The position numbers were made by a program, and so were the translations under genes. A stretch of DNA of 64,000 nt from an uncultured Gammaproteobacteria bacterium (GTDB lineage Bacteria; Patescibacteriota; Microgenomatia; UBA8517), in the NCBI GenBank assembly GCA_964395115.1, contig CAYMZX010000003.1, positions 14,111 to 78,110 on the forward strand. The letters run 5' to 3'. Shown here one piece after another: positions 47,587 to 55,991 of the stretch. Each line of letters opens with the position of its first letter. Position 1 is the first letter of the stretch. The notes below the pieces were generated by a model that saw nothing but the letters and a program-made list of their open reading frames with translations, made no database searches and was not told the DNA's origin.

Positions 47587-47608
47587 GTTAAAATTGATTC
47601 TAACATGG
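47583..47608. promoter_or_regulatory. Palindromic bidirectional extended -10 promoter between pcrA and the LCP gene
   Basis: CCATGTTAaAATtgATTcTAACATGG: TGtTAAAAT on +, TGtTAGAAT on -, each 10 nt before an ATG. Confidence 0.6.
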
Positions 47609-48696
47609 AGGAGTTGGTAGTAGAAAAGGAACCTGCCCCAAAAAAGAAGTCAAAGTTTTTTCAAAAAACGAAACGTCGTCTTTTAAGACACCTCTGGTTG
47701 GTAAGAATCGGAATTTTGATTTTAGTTTTCTTGGCGGGATATTTTCTCTTTAGTCTTTTAGGATCTTTATTTGCCAGGACAGGATTAGAAAACTATTTAA
47801 AAACCCTAAGCAACTTTATTTGGGACTCTCCTGCTAAAATTGAGACGGCAGAGGGTAGAACGAATATCCTGATTCTGGGTAAGGCCGGGGAGGGATACGG
47901 GGCCAAGGATTTAACCGATACCATAATTTTTGCCTCCATTTCTTATCCAAAATCAAAACTTTCCCTTATCTCTTTGCCTCGAGACATCTGGATTCCGGCC
48001 ATCCGAGCAAAAGTCAACAGCGCTTATTATTGGGGAAACCAGCGAAAAGAAAAAGGAGGGCTTATTCTGGCGAAATCAACCATAGAGGAAATCGTTGGCC
48101 AGCCAATCCACTACGCGGTCGTCATAGATTTTTCAGGATTTACCAAAATAGTTGATGTTATTGGAGGTATTGAGGTTAACGTGGAACGGGAATTTATCGA
48201 CGAAAAATATCCGGTTTCCGGCAAAGAAAACGATTTATGTGACGGAGATCCACTATTGGGTTGTCGCTATCAAACGGTAAAATTTGAAAAAGGTTTACAA
48301 ACAATGGATGGAGAAACCGCCCTCAAATTTGTAAGATCCCGAAATGCCGAGGGGGAGGAAGGTAGCGATCTGGCTAGGGCCAGCCGCCAGCAAAAAGTAA
48401 TTCTGGCTATCAAGCAAAAAATATTAAGCCGGAGCGTTCTTTTTTCCCCAAAGAGAATTTCGGCAATTTTGAAGGTGATCCGAGAATCAGTAGAAACGGA
48501 CATTGAAAGTCAAACAGGAGCGGTTCTAGCCAGATGGATTTTAGAGGCAAAAGATGATGTTTTCACTCATGTTTTAGCGGAGGACTTGCTTATTCATCCC
48601 CCAGTATCCCCCCGTTATGATAATCAATATGTTTTTATTCCCAAGGCTGGAGACTGGAGCAATATCCACCAATGGGTTTCTCAAAGGCTTCCCTAA
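47605..48696 (+). CDS. LytR-CpsA-Psr (LCP) family phosphotransferase
   Basis: TNILILG, LTDTII, SLPRD, KVNSAY, ALKFVRSR, SDLARASRQQ; likely start 47605. Confidence 0.92.
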   Translation: MEELVVEKEPAPKKKSKFFQKTKRRLLRHLWLVRIGILILVFLAGYFLFSLLGSLFARTGLENYLKTLSNFIWDSPAKIETAEGRTNILILGKAGEGYGAKDLTDTIIFASISYPKSKLSLISLPRDIWIPAIRAKVNSAYYWGNQRKEKGGLILAKSTIEEIVGQPIHYAVVIDFSGFTKIVDVIGGIEVNVEREFIDEKYPVSGKENDLCDGDPLLGCRYQTVKFEKGLQTMDGETALKFVRSRNAEGEEGSDLARASRQQKVILAIKQKILSRSVLFSPKRISAILKVIRESVETDIESQTGAVLARWILEAKDDVFTHVLAEDLLIHPPVSPRYDNQYVFIPKAGDWSNIHQWVSQRLP

Positions 48697-48704
48697 ATGG
48701 AAAA

Positions 48705-51092
48705 ATGAAAATTCGACGTTACGACAAATATCTATTGCTTCTTTTAGTATTCAGCTTTTTTTTGCGGCTTTCTTTGTATAAAACCGGAACGTTCTGGCTC
48801 GATATAAACAGTTTCATTGCTTGGAGCAATACTTTGATCAAAACCGGTTTCGGCAATTTTTACAACAGTGTCTGGTCTGATTATTTGCCGGGATATCTTT
48901 ATATCTTGTGGCTCTTGGGCAAGATTAAAAATTTGGTTGGCTTTGACCAGCTTTTTCTATTTAAACTCCCGTCAATTTTTTCCGATTTAGCCACTGCCTA
49001 TCTCATTTATTTGATTGCGAAAAAAATTAAAGGCCCAAAAATAGGGTTGATTGCTTCGGCTTTCTACGCTTTGAATCCTGCAATAATATTTAATTCCACC
49101 CTTTGGGGACAGGCAGATTCACTGACCGCCCTTTTTTGTCTTTTGTCAATTTATCTTTTTGGAATAAACCACTTATTATCGTCGCTGGCGCTTTCTCTTG
49201 GGACCGCTTTTAAGCTTCAAGCTGCCTTAGCCGCTCCCATTATCTTGATGATGATGCTTAAGCATCGTTGGAGACCAAAAAAAATTGTAAGTTACATTCT
49301 CTTTTCGGTTGCAGTTTTTTTGTTAATTTTCTTGCCCTTCAATCTTCCGGATAAAAATCCGCCCCTTTTTATCTATGAGAGAATAAGAGTGACGCTGAAT
49401 CAATATCCATACGGTAGCGTCAATGCATTTAATTTTTGGGGCCTTTGGGGTTTTTGGAAACCAGATGGCGGAGGAATCACCCCCCTTAAAATTATAGGAA
49501 TCGGCCTTTTCGGTCTAATTTCAGGTTTAGCCATCGCTAGGTTTTGGCGGGAAAAACGAAGCGAATATTTGCTGGCGGCTATTTTGACGGCAGCTAATTT
49601 CCTCTTCTTTACCAGGATGCACGAGAGACACCTGTTACCCGTTTTTGCTCCATTGGCGGTTTCCGCGATAATCAATCCGGCTCTCTGGGTGTCCTATTTT
49701 GGATTCTCGTCAACCTATGTTTTGAATCTATATTTTGCTTTCGAACAGCAAGCCGTTGTTAAATCGGGAGTTTTTACTCTTCCGACAATCAAGGCGCTAA
49801 TCCTAGCTAATTTTGTTTTTTTTAGCCTCCTTTTTAACAAAACTAGCAAAATTCGCCTTTTCTATTTTTGGCCTAAAAAAAAGGATTTTTTTGAAAAGAT
49901 AAAGCCGAGAAAGAAAAACATTAGAATTTTTCTTGGCACCATTATTCTGTTCGCTTTAATAACAAGGGTTTTCTCATTAGGCTTTCCTCTTAAAGAATAC
50001 TTTGACGAAGTTTATCATGCCTTTACCGCCAGACAGATACTCCACGGAAACCCAATGGCTTGGGAGTGGTGGAATACACCGCCCGAAGGATTTGCTTATG
50101 AGTGGACCCACCCCCCTTTGGCCAAACTTGGTATGGTCGCCGGGATGTTAATTTTCGGAGAAAACCCGTTTGGCTGGAGAATACCAGGGGCTCTTCTAGG
50201 AACCGGGAGCGTTCTTTTGGTTTATCTTATCGCCAGCAAGATTTTTAAAGACGGACTCTCGGGAATTTTGGCCGCCGGAGTTTTTAGTCTTGATGGTCTA
50301 CCTTTGGTCATGTCTAGAATCGGGATGAATGACAGCTATCTATTATTTTTTGTTCTTGCCAGCGTTTATCTTTATTTGGCCGACAAATATTTTTGTTCTG
50401 CTTTGGCGTTTGGGTTGGCGCTCTCATCAAAATGGTCGGCGGCTTGGGCGATTCCTATATTTTTGGTCGCAACCTTAGTTTTTAGGAAAAAAATTCAATT
50501 AAGCCACCTTTGGTTCTTGTTATTGCCGCCACTGATTTATTTGGCAAGCTACCTCCCGATGTTTTTGACGAATCATGATTTTTCAACCTTTTGGGGAATG
50601 CAGAAACAAATGTGGTGGTATCACACCAAACTTAAAGCAACCCACGCTTATACTTCGCCCTGGTGGAGCTGGCCGCTCTTGGCTCGGCCTATTTACCTTT
50701 ATACTTCCAACGAAGCGGGCGGGGTTGTTTCCAGAATTTATGCCATGGGCAACCCTTTTGTTTTCTTGTCCGGAATAATTGCCGTTGTCCTGGCATCTTT
50801 TTTGGTGATAACTGGAAGAATTAAAAGGCTGATCTTTGTGGTTTTTGCGTATCTGATTCTGTTTGTCGGTTGGGCCGCCTCACCCCGAATAATGTTTTTG
50901 TACCACTACTTGCCTTCTCTTCCCTTTATGGCGATCGCGACCGGATATGTTTTGCGTCGTTTTCCCAAAGTTATTCTCCCTTTTTTCATTACTTCGGCTC
51001 TGCTGTTTGTCTATTTTTATCCACACTGGATTGGCTTGAGAATTCCTCTTTGGCTAGACAAAAGCTATTATTGGTTCGCTTCCTGGAGATGA
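48705..51092 (+). CDS. Tandem GT-C enzyme: N-terminal GT87/Alg6-like domain + C-terminal protein O-mannosyltransferase (PMT)-like domain
   Basis: SDYLPGYLY, WGQAD, RMHERH in the first half; YFDEVYH, THPPLAK, FGWR, HAYTSPWWSWP, FLYHYLP in the second. Confidence 0.85.
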   Translation: MKIRRYDKYLLLLLVFSFFLRLSLYKTGTFWLDINSFIAWSNTLIKTGFGNFYNSVWSDYLPGYLYILWLLGKIKNLVGFDQLFLFKLPSIFSDLATAYLIYLIAKKIKGPKIGLIASAFYALNPAIIFNSTLWGQADSLTALFCLLSIYLFGINHLLSSLALSLGTAFKLQAALAAPIILMMMLKHRWRPKKIVSYILFSVAVFLLIFLPFNLPDKNPPLFIYERIRVTLNQYPYGSVNAFNFWGLWGFWKPDGGGITPLKIIGIGLFGLISGLAIARFWREKRSEYLLAAILTAANFLFFTRMHERHLLPVFAPLAVSAIINPALWVSYFGFSSTYVLNLYFAFEQQAVVKSGVFTLPTIKALILANFVFFSLLFNKTSKIRLFYFWPKKKDFFEKIKPRKKNIRIFLGTIILFALITRVFSLGFPLKEYFDEVYHAFTARQILHGNPMAWEWWNTPPEGFAYEWTHPPLAKLGMVAGMLIFGENPFGWRIPGALLGTGSVLLVYLIASKIFKDGLSGILAAGVFSLDGLPLVMSRIGMNDSYLLFFVLASVYLYLADKYFCSALAFGLALSSKWSAAWAIPIFLVATLVFRKKIQLSHLWFLLLPPLIYLASYLPMFLTNHDFSTFWGMQKQMWWYHTKLKATHAYTSPWWSWPLLARPIYLYTSNEAGGVVSRIYAMGNPFVFLSGIIAVVLASFLVITGRIKRLIFVVFAYLILFVGWAASPRIMFLYHYLPSLPFMAIATGYVLRRFPKVILPFFITSALLFVYFYPHWIGLRIPLWLDKSYYWFASWR

Positions 51093-51100
51093 ACTTCTTT

Positions 51101-51544
51101 TTATATTGCTAAAAGCAGAGATATCAAAAGTAGAAAAACTCCCATTCCCAACCAGATAATAGTCGGCCAGGAAATTCCTGCTTCAGGAAGCGATGGCTCC
51201 GCAGTTGGGCTTGCCTGCGCCAATGGACTAGGCGACGGAGAAACGGTCGGCGAAGGCGAAGGTGAAGGTGAAGCGGCGGGACTAGGACTAGGCGACGGAG
51301 AAACGGTCGGTGAAGGTGAAGCGGTTGGACTAGGAGAAGGCGAAACTTGCGTAATAGTAAAGGTAAGTTCCGTGCAAGATTGCGGGGGAGCTGCCTGGGG
51401 TTTACTGGTCGGCGCGGTAGGAGCGACCGGCTGCTGCCTTAACTGGTAAAGCCTATAGGCGGTAAAGACAGCAATTCCCGCCAAAACCAGGGTGGCTAGA
51501 AGGATGAGAACGGTTGCTATTTTGCTTTTAAAAAATGTTTTCAT
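51101..51544 (-). CDS. Ser/Pro-rich surface protein with N-terminal TM and C-terminal LPEAG + TM
   Basis: (SP)n repeats; SLPEAGISWPT followed by a hydrophobic C-terminus. Confidence 0.75.
   Translation of the reverse strand: MKTFFKSKIATVLILLATLVLAGIAVFTAYRLYQLRQQPVAPTAPTSKPQAAPPQSCTELTFTITQVSPSPSPTASPSPTVSPSPSPSPAASPSPSPSPTVSPSPSPLAQASPTAEPSLPEAGISWPTIIWLGMGVFLLLISLLLAI
51225..51310. repeat. 26-bp exact direct repeat with 60-bp period in the SP-rich stalk
   Basis: GGACTAGGCGACGGAGAAACGGTCGG at 51225-51250 and 51285-51310. Confidence 0.9.
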
Positions 51545-51564
51545 TTTTGTTATTAATACTCCTT

Positions 51565-52725
51565 TTATTCAGACCAGCCTAAAGTCGTATGATGTATTTG
51601 AGCGCCAATTGTAAAAGTTGTTATGCCAGGCGGGATAGTATATTCATCATAAAACTCTTCCGACCCGGGTTTCTTCTGGGTTACTTCAGGTCGCTGGACG
51701 CCATTAATTTTGAATCTGGCTCTGTCAAATGAGCCCGAAGTGGTTGTACCCGCAACCGCAAAACGAATCGTATCTCCCGGCTTAAGACTTGAGAGTTGAC
51801 TAGAAGATAGTATATTCCAGCTTAAATCGTAGGCCTTTACATTGAGACATTGAGCGGTAGGACTAGCCCCCGGCGGAGGTGCTGTGGGGGCAGGAGAAGA
51901 TGTGGTGGTCACAGTTGTGCCAGCGCACTGGAAGCACCAATTTGGATTAGTTCCACTGCCTCGATTTTCCCAGTTGCAATTTCCTTCCCTAGCTGCAACA
52001 TTTCGATACCCACAATGAGCAATACAGGCCTCTTCCGCGGTATCCCTATTAATACCTCCAGAAATCCAACCGGGCCTACAAGTTTGTACTTGTGGAGTAG
52101 TGGTTGGGGTAGTAGTGGGCGAAGGCTCTTTAGTAGGTCCTTTCGCGGGAGACGGCTCTTTAGTAGGAACGGGAGTGGGTGTCTTAGTCGTCGGACAAGC
52201 TGCACGGCACTCGGTAGGAGTATTCCCCTTTGCTAGACATCCCTCATAACAAGGAAGACAGCAACCAATATTCTGACCGGCAGGCGAGACACAGCCTCCA
52301 GTAGAAGTTCCCATAAAAATATTTCCTGCCTGGTTGCAGGCTGAAAGGGTGCTGCATGTTCCAGAGTACCCACTGACTTTACAATCTTGGCCCGGGCCGG
52401 CCGCTTTTTCTCTTATATCTTGTTGTTGCTTAATAAGAATTACTCCCGCTCCGAGGCCGCCGACCAAAATCAGAAGTCCCAAAATAGTGGCGATTACTTT
52501 TCCGCCGCCGAATTTTTTCTTGGGAGAAATCGGAGTGACAACCGGGGGAAAATCAAAATTTGGAGCGGCCCCTTCTCCTGACATGGCGTCGGCTGGGATC
52601 GTGGAGTTTGTTTCCGGTGGAGGGGGAATGTTATCTGCGGGCAATGGAGGTATTTCGGCAACAACCGTAGGTTCCGCCGCCGGCTGATTTTGAGAGGAGC
52701 TGTTTGGATTATTCGGGCTCGGCAT
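51565..52725 (-). CDS. Single-TM Cys-rich surface protein with Thr/Pro linkers and Ig-like C-terminus
   Basis: Pro-rich N-terminus, TM, Cys modules of 6+4+6 plus one lone Cys. Confidence 0.8.
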   Translation of the reverse strand: MPSPNNPNSSSQNQPAAEPTVVAEIPPLPADNIPPPPETNSTIPADAMSGEGAAPNFDFPPVVTPISPKKKFGGGKVIATILGLLILVGGLGAGVILIKQQQDIREKAAGPGQDCKVSGYSGTCSTLSACNQAGNIFMGTSTGGCVSPAGQNIGCCLPCYEGCLAKGNTPTECRAACPTTKTPTPVPTKEPSPAKGPTKEPSPTTTPTTTPQVQTCRPGWISGGINRDTAEEACIAHCGYRNVAAREGNCNWENRGSGTNPNWCFQCAGTTVTTTSSPAPTAPPPGASPTAQCLNVKAYDLSWNILSSSQLSSLKPGDTIRFAVAGTTTSGSFDRARFKINGVQRPEVTQKKPGSEEFYDEYTIPPGITTFTIGAQIHHTTLGWSE

Positions 52726-52731
52726 TTAGAT

Positions 52732-54078
52732 TTAAATTTCCGTCTTTCTCCAAATTAAAAGACTAACCAAAATTATTCCTACTCCCAGAATAGAGAAAAG
52801 GACTGTGGGAGTCAAGTTGCCAGAATCGTAGACTCCGGAAGAGGTTGACGGGATTGGCGAAATTCTGGGGGTGATGGTTGGAATGGGCGAAACCGTCGGC
52901 GATGGCGACGGCGAGGGGGAAGGTCTGGGAGTAGATGTTGGTGATGCCGAAGGGGTTGCTTCAAAAGAAGGACCTTCCGAAGCTTGGACAATGAAAGTCC
53001 TTCGCAGGGTTCTTAGGATTCCCGAAGCGTCTCTCCAAGAAATAGTTATTGTATGGGTCCCTTCCGCAAGGTTGGAGGGAGGGCTCCATTTCCATTGGCC
53101 GGATGAAGGAATTTTTAATGTTTCGGAAACCGGTTCTGACTCCACGGTGATGGTAATGGTTACTCCTGAAGGTCCTTTGCCAAAAAACTCCGGATCGGTA
53201 GTGGTTATGACTTCCCCTTCCTTAATACTTTCCAAAGTAACGTTTTTGGCCGACGGCGTAGCTGTTTTCTCTTCCACTTTAAAACCGGAAGAAGGAGTCT
53301 TTTCTTCGGGAAGACCGATTGAGGCGCTAGGAATTTGTCCCTTTCCAGCCGGCGGGAGATTTTTGAAATCATGAACTTGGCCAAGAATGATGGATGGAGC
53401 TGGTTTGGCCGATTGAGGATAAATTTGGGCCGAGGCAACATTTCCCAACCCGGCATTGACGGAAATTTCTATCAACGAATTTTTTTCGTCAATCTGGATA
53501 TAATCCTGCAAATCGGCGGTTCTGGCTGAAGATATAGGGGCAACCCAGTTGCCGGTTGCGGAAGTAATGGTTGAAAGAAGACTGCTTCCGCCAATCGTCA
53601 AATAAACCAAAGCATTCTTGGCCGGTTCGCCGGTTGCCGTCAAAATTATTCCAGAAATTAAGACAGTTTTGTTAGGAGTCGCCAGGGCCGAACCGGTTGT
53701 TATTTGCCAGGGAACGCCGTTATTATCGAAATCCTCTCCCCCGGAATTTATTTTAAAAAAATAGGTAGTTTGGGGAGACAGGCCCCTTAGAGTCAGAGTG
53801 TGGGTATGGCTTTGTGTGGCAAGTTCGTCTAATTCGGTTCGCGATAGGGAATTTTGATTTTCCCCCCACCTGACAAACCCGGATGTTTCTCTGTCGGTTA
53901 CCCAAGAAATGGTCAAAGAGGTATCGGTAATATTGGAAATGCGGACATCTTTGGGGGCGAACTCGCCGGTCGCGCCGAGGCGGAAAAAGAGTCGGCTTCT
54001 TATTAACATAACGCCGGCCGCTATCCCAATTACTAAAATTAGAATTCCAAGTAAAGTGGGGATTTTGCTTTTTTTCAT
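52732..54078 (-). CDS. Fibronectin-III / Ig-like multidomain surface protein with C-terminal TM
   Basis: PKDVRISNITDTSLTISWVTD...LSPQTTYFFKI (FN3), SSGQWKW...LAEGTHTITI (Big-like), S/P/T stalk. Confidence 0.85.
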   Translation of the reverse strand: MKKSKIPTLLGILILVIGIAAGVMLIRSRLFFRLGATGEFAPKDVRISNITDTSLTISWVTDRETSGFVRWGENQNSLSRTELDELATQSHTHTLTLRGLSPQTTYFFKINSGGEDFDNNGVPWQITTGSALATPNKTVLISGIILTATGEPAKNALVYLTIGGSSLLSTITSATGNWVAPISSARTADLQDYIQIDEKNSLIEISVNAGLGNVASAQIYPQSAKPAPSIILGQVHDFKNLPPAGKGQIPSASIGLPEEKTPSSGFKVEEKTATPSAKNVTLESIKEGEVITTTDPEFFGKGPSGVTITITVESEPVSETLKIPSSGQWKWSPPSNLAEGTHTITISWRDASGILRTLRRTFIVQASEGPSFEATPSASPTSTPRPSPSPSPSPTVSPIPTITPRISPIPSTSSGVYDSGNLTPTVLFSILGVGIILVSLLIWRKTEI

Positions 54079-54398
54079 GGCGTCGGGGTTGCCGATTCGG
54101 TGGCTACAGGTGTTGGAGTGGTTGTTGGCGACGGTCTAGGGGTTAGAAAAATAAAGGGACTGCTTGTAGGAACAGAAAAGTTACCAATCTCTTCTTCGGA
54201 AAAGAAAAGTCTACCCTCGATGCTATCTAACGACTCGGCATCCAATACTGGATTGAGTGGCTCAATGATGTCGGGCGGGACATTGGGCGATGGTTCATTT
54301 GTAAAAACTCGGTAGACGGTAAATATAGTCCAAAAGACAACCGTTATCATTGTCAAAAAAGCGATTGTAACGAGACTTGGTGTTTTTGAATTTTTCAT
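54075..54398 (-). CDS. Small single-TM protein with Thr/Pro tail (occupies the PilP position)
   Basis: TM, then IIEPLNPVLD and TPRPSPTTTPTPVATESATPTP. Confidence 0.65.
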   Translation of the reverse strand: MKNSKTPSLVTIAFLTMITVVFWTIFTVYRVFTNEPSPNVPPDIIEPLNPVLDAESLDSIEGRLFFSEEEIGNFSVPTSSPFIFLTPRPSPTTTPTPVATESATPTP

Positions 54399-55057
54399 TG
54401 CTGCTGCGAAAGGTAGGGAACCCGGCCGGTCACTAAAATTACCAAAACTTTCTCTGCCTCTGTTTTAGTTGCCGAAAATCCAACGTTGTCGACGGCTATC
54501 GGCCTTCTTAATTGTTCTAAGTTGGACAAGAAAGAAAAGAGGGCCGGGTAATCTCCAGAAACGCTCAAGGTAAAAGAAACATCACTGGCGCCCTCGGGAA
54601 GAGGAGTTAAGCCAGGTTCATCCTTTTTGGGCGTTGAGCTCTTACCCAGTAAAGTCACCTGCCCTATAGAAATTCCCAATAAATTGACAGAATTTCTGGT
54701 GGCGAGTCCTTCGATTTGGCGGACAAAAGTTTCAGGGGATGGAGAACTAGGGATTGAGCTCTCAACTAGAGGCAACCTTGCTGCTTCTGAATCCAAAATG
54801 GTCCGGGCCGCTGTCAAATTCTGAATTTTAGTATCCAATTTTGCCACCGTTTCTTCCTTGGATTTAATTTCTCGAGTGAGCGAGATGATGGTAATAACGG
54901 TGGGCTTTAAGGCAAAAGCGGTAAAGAAGGAAATTGTTCCCAAGGAAAGAAGAATTTCCAAAAACATCCGCAAGTCCTGTTTTTGTTTATAAATAGCAAT
55001 TATATTTAGAAAATAATCCTTGTATCTTAAATAACCACTTCTCCATCCAAGAGCCAT
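54395..55057 (-). CDS. pilO: Type IV pilus assembly PilO-like protein
   Basis: TM, coiled coil, SIPSSPSPE...QIEGLA, SVSGDYPALFSFLSNLEQLRRPI. Confidence 0.8.
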   Translation of the reverse strand: MALGWRSGYLRYKDYFLNIIAIYKQKQDLRMFLEILLSLGTISFFTAFALKPTVITIISLTREIKSKEETVAKLDTKIQNLTAARTILDSEAARLPLVESSIPSSPSPETFVRQIEGLATRNSVNLLGISIGQVTLLGKSSTPKKDEPGLTPLPEGASDVSFTLSVSGDYPALFSFLSNLEQLRRPIAVDNVGFSATKTEAEKVLVILVTGRVPYLSQQQ

Positions 55058-55062
55058 TTTGG

Positions 55063-55620
55063 TTAAACTCCTTTCTTGATTTTTAACTTTAGAGTAAATG
55101 TCAGCGATCCACTTTCTTGGTTAGTATCGATGTTGGTTAAATTTACTTCGTCAAACATTTTAGAATTTTCCAAGTTTACTATAAATTGAGCAATACTTAA
55201 TTCGCTGGGGGAGGCGCCTTTAACTTGGACAGAATCTTGATTGTAAGAATAGGAAATAAGAAAAATATCAACTGGCAAACGGGAGCTGATTTCTGACAGT
55301 GCTTCGGAGGCTATCCCCCCTTGTGAGGAAAGAGTCGAAAAAATCCGCAACCTCTTTTGAGTATTCCGAAATTCTTTTTCAAAATCAGACGAGGCGGAAA
55401 TAACCGCCATTTTTTCTTTAATAAGATCATTTAAATCGGCATTTCTAGCATCCAACCAAAATCGGGAAAGGAAAGCTGCCATTACGACCATCTCGGTGAT
55501 AATGACGATTATCCTGAAAGTGGACATTGTCCACTTCAAGACTCTTCCCGCCGTAGTCCCTTCAAATTCTTGTTGCGGAAGAAGATTGATTTGGTGTTTC
55601 TTGTCTTTCTGGGCAGCCAT
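55063..55620 (-). CDS. pilN: Type IV pilus assembly PilN-like protein
   Basis: QINLLP (PilM-binding motif), TM, coiled coil, LPVDIFL, IAQFIVNLENSKMFDEV. Confidence 0.85.
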   Translation of the reverse strand: MAAQKDKKHQINLLPQQEFEGTTAGRVLKWTMSTFRIIVIITEMVVMAAFLSRFWLDARNADLNDLIKEKMAVISASSDFEKEFRNTQKRLRIFSTLSSQGGIASEALSEISSRLPVDIFLISYSYNQDSVQVKGASPSELSIAQFIVNLENSKMFDEVNLTNIDTNQESGSLTFTLKLKIKKGV

Positions 55621-55677
55621 AAACAAACGCCTTCGCGTCCATTTCCACTATACCACACAAGACAGATTCGCTGAAGA

Positions 55678-55935
55678 TTATTTTTTCTTTTTAGCTTTCG
55701 CTGCTGGAAGAAGCTTTGTCAAAGATTTTTTTATTCTTGCCGCCTTGTTTTTGTGGATAGCCCTTTTCTTGGCGGCTTTGTCGGCCAAGGAAATAGCTAA
55801 AAGAATTTTTTCTCGGCTCTTGACTTTCTTGGCGGTTCGAATACTCTTTTCTAATTTTGCGATAATTTGTTTATTAACCGTTGCCTTTCTTTTAGAAGCC
55901 GCGAGGGTTCTTTTCGCTGTCTTAGTTACAGGCAT
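55678..55935 (-). CDS. rpsT: 30S ribosomal protein S20
   Basis: MPVTKTAKR, DKAAKKRAIHKNKAARIK. Confidence 0.95.
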   Translation of the reverse strand: MPVTKTAKRTLAASKRKATVNKQIIAKLEKSIRTAKKVKSREKILLAISLADKAAKKRAIHKNKAARIKKSLTKLLPAAKAKKKK

Positions 55936-55991
55936 AGAATTTCTGGATTGTGAGTATAAGCTAAACAGGCTAGAATATCAATACTTAACTT

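Noticed and set aside
51225-51340. CRISPR-like repeat (26 bp, 60-bp period)
   Set aside because: Only two copies, in frame inside a Ser/Pro-rich CDS, and the intervening sequence is itself SP-coding
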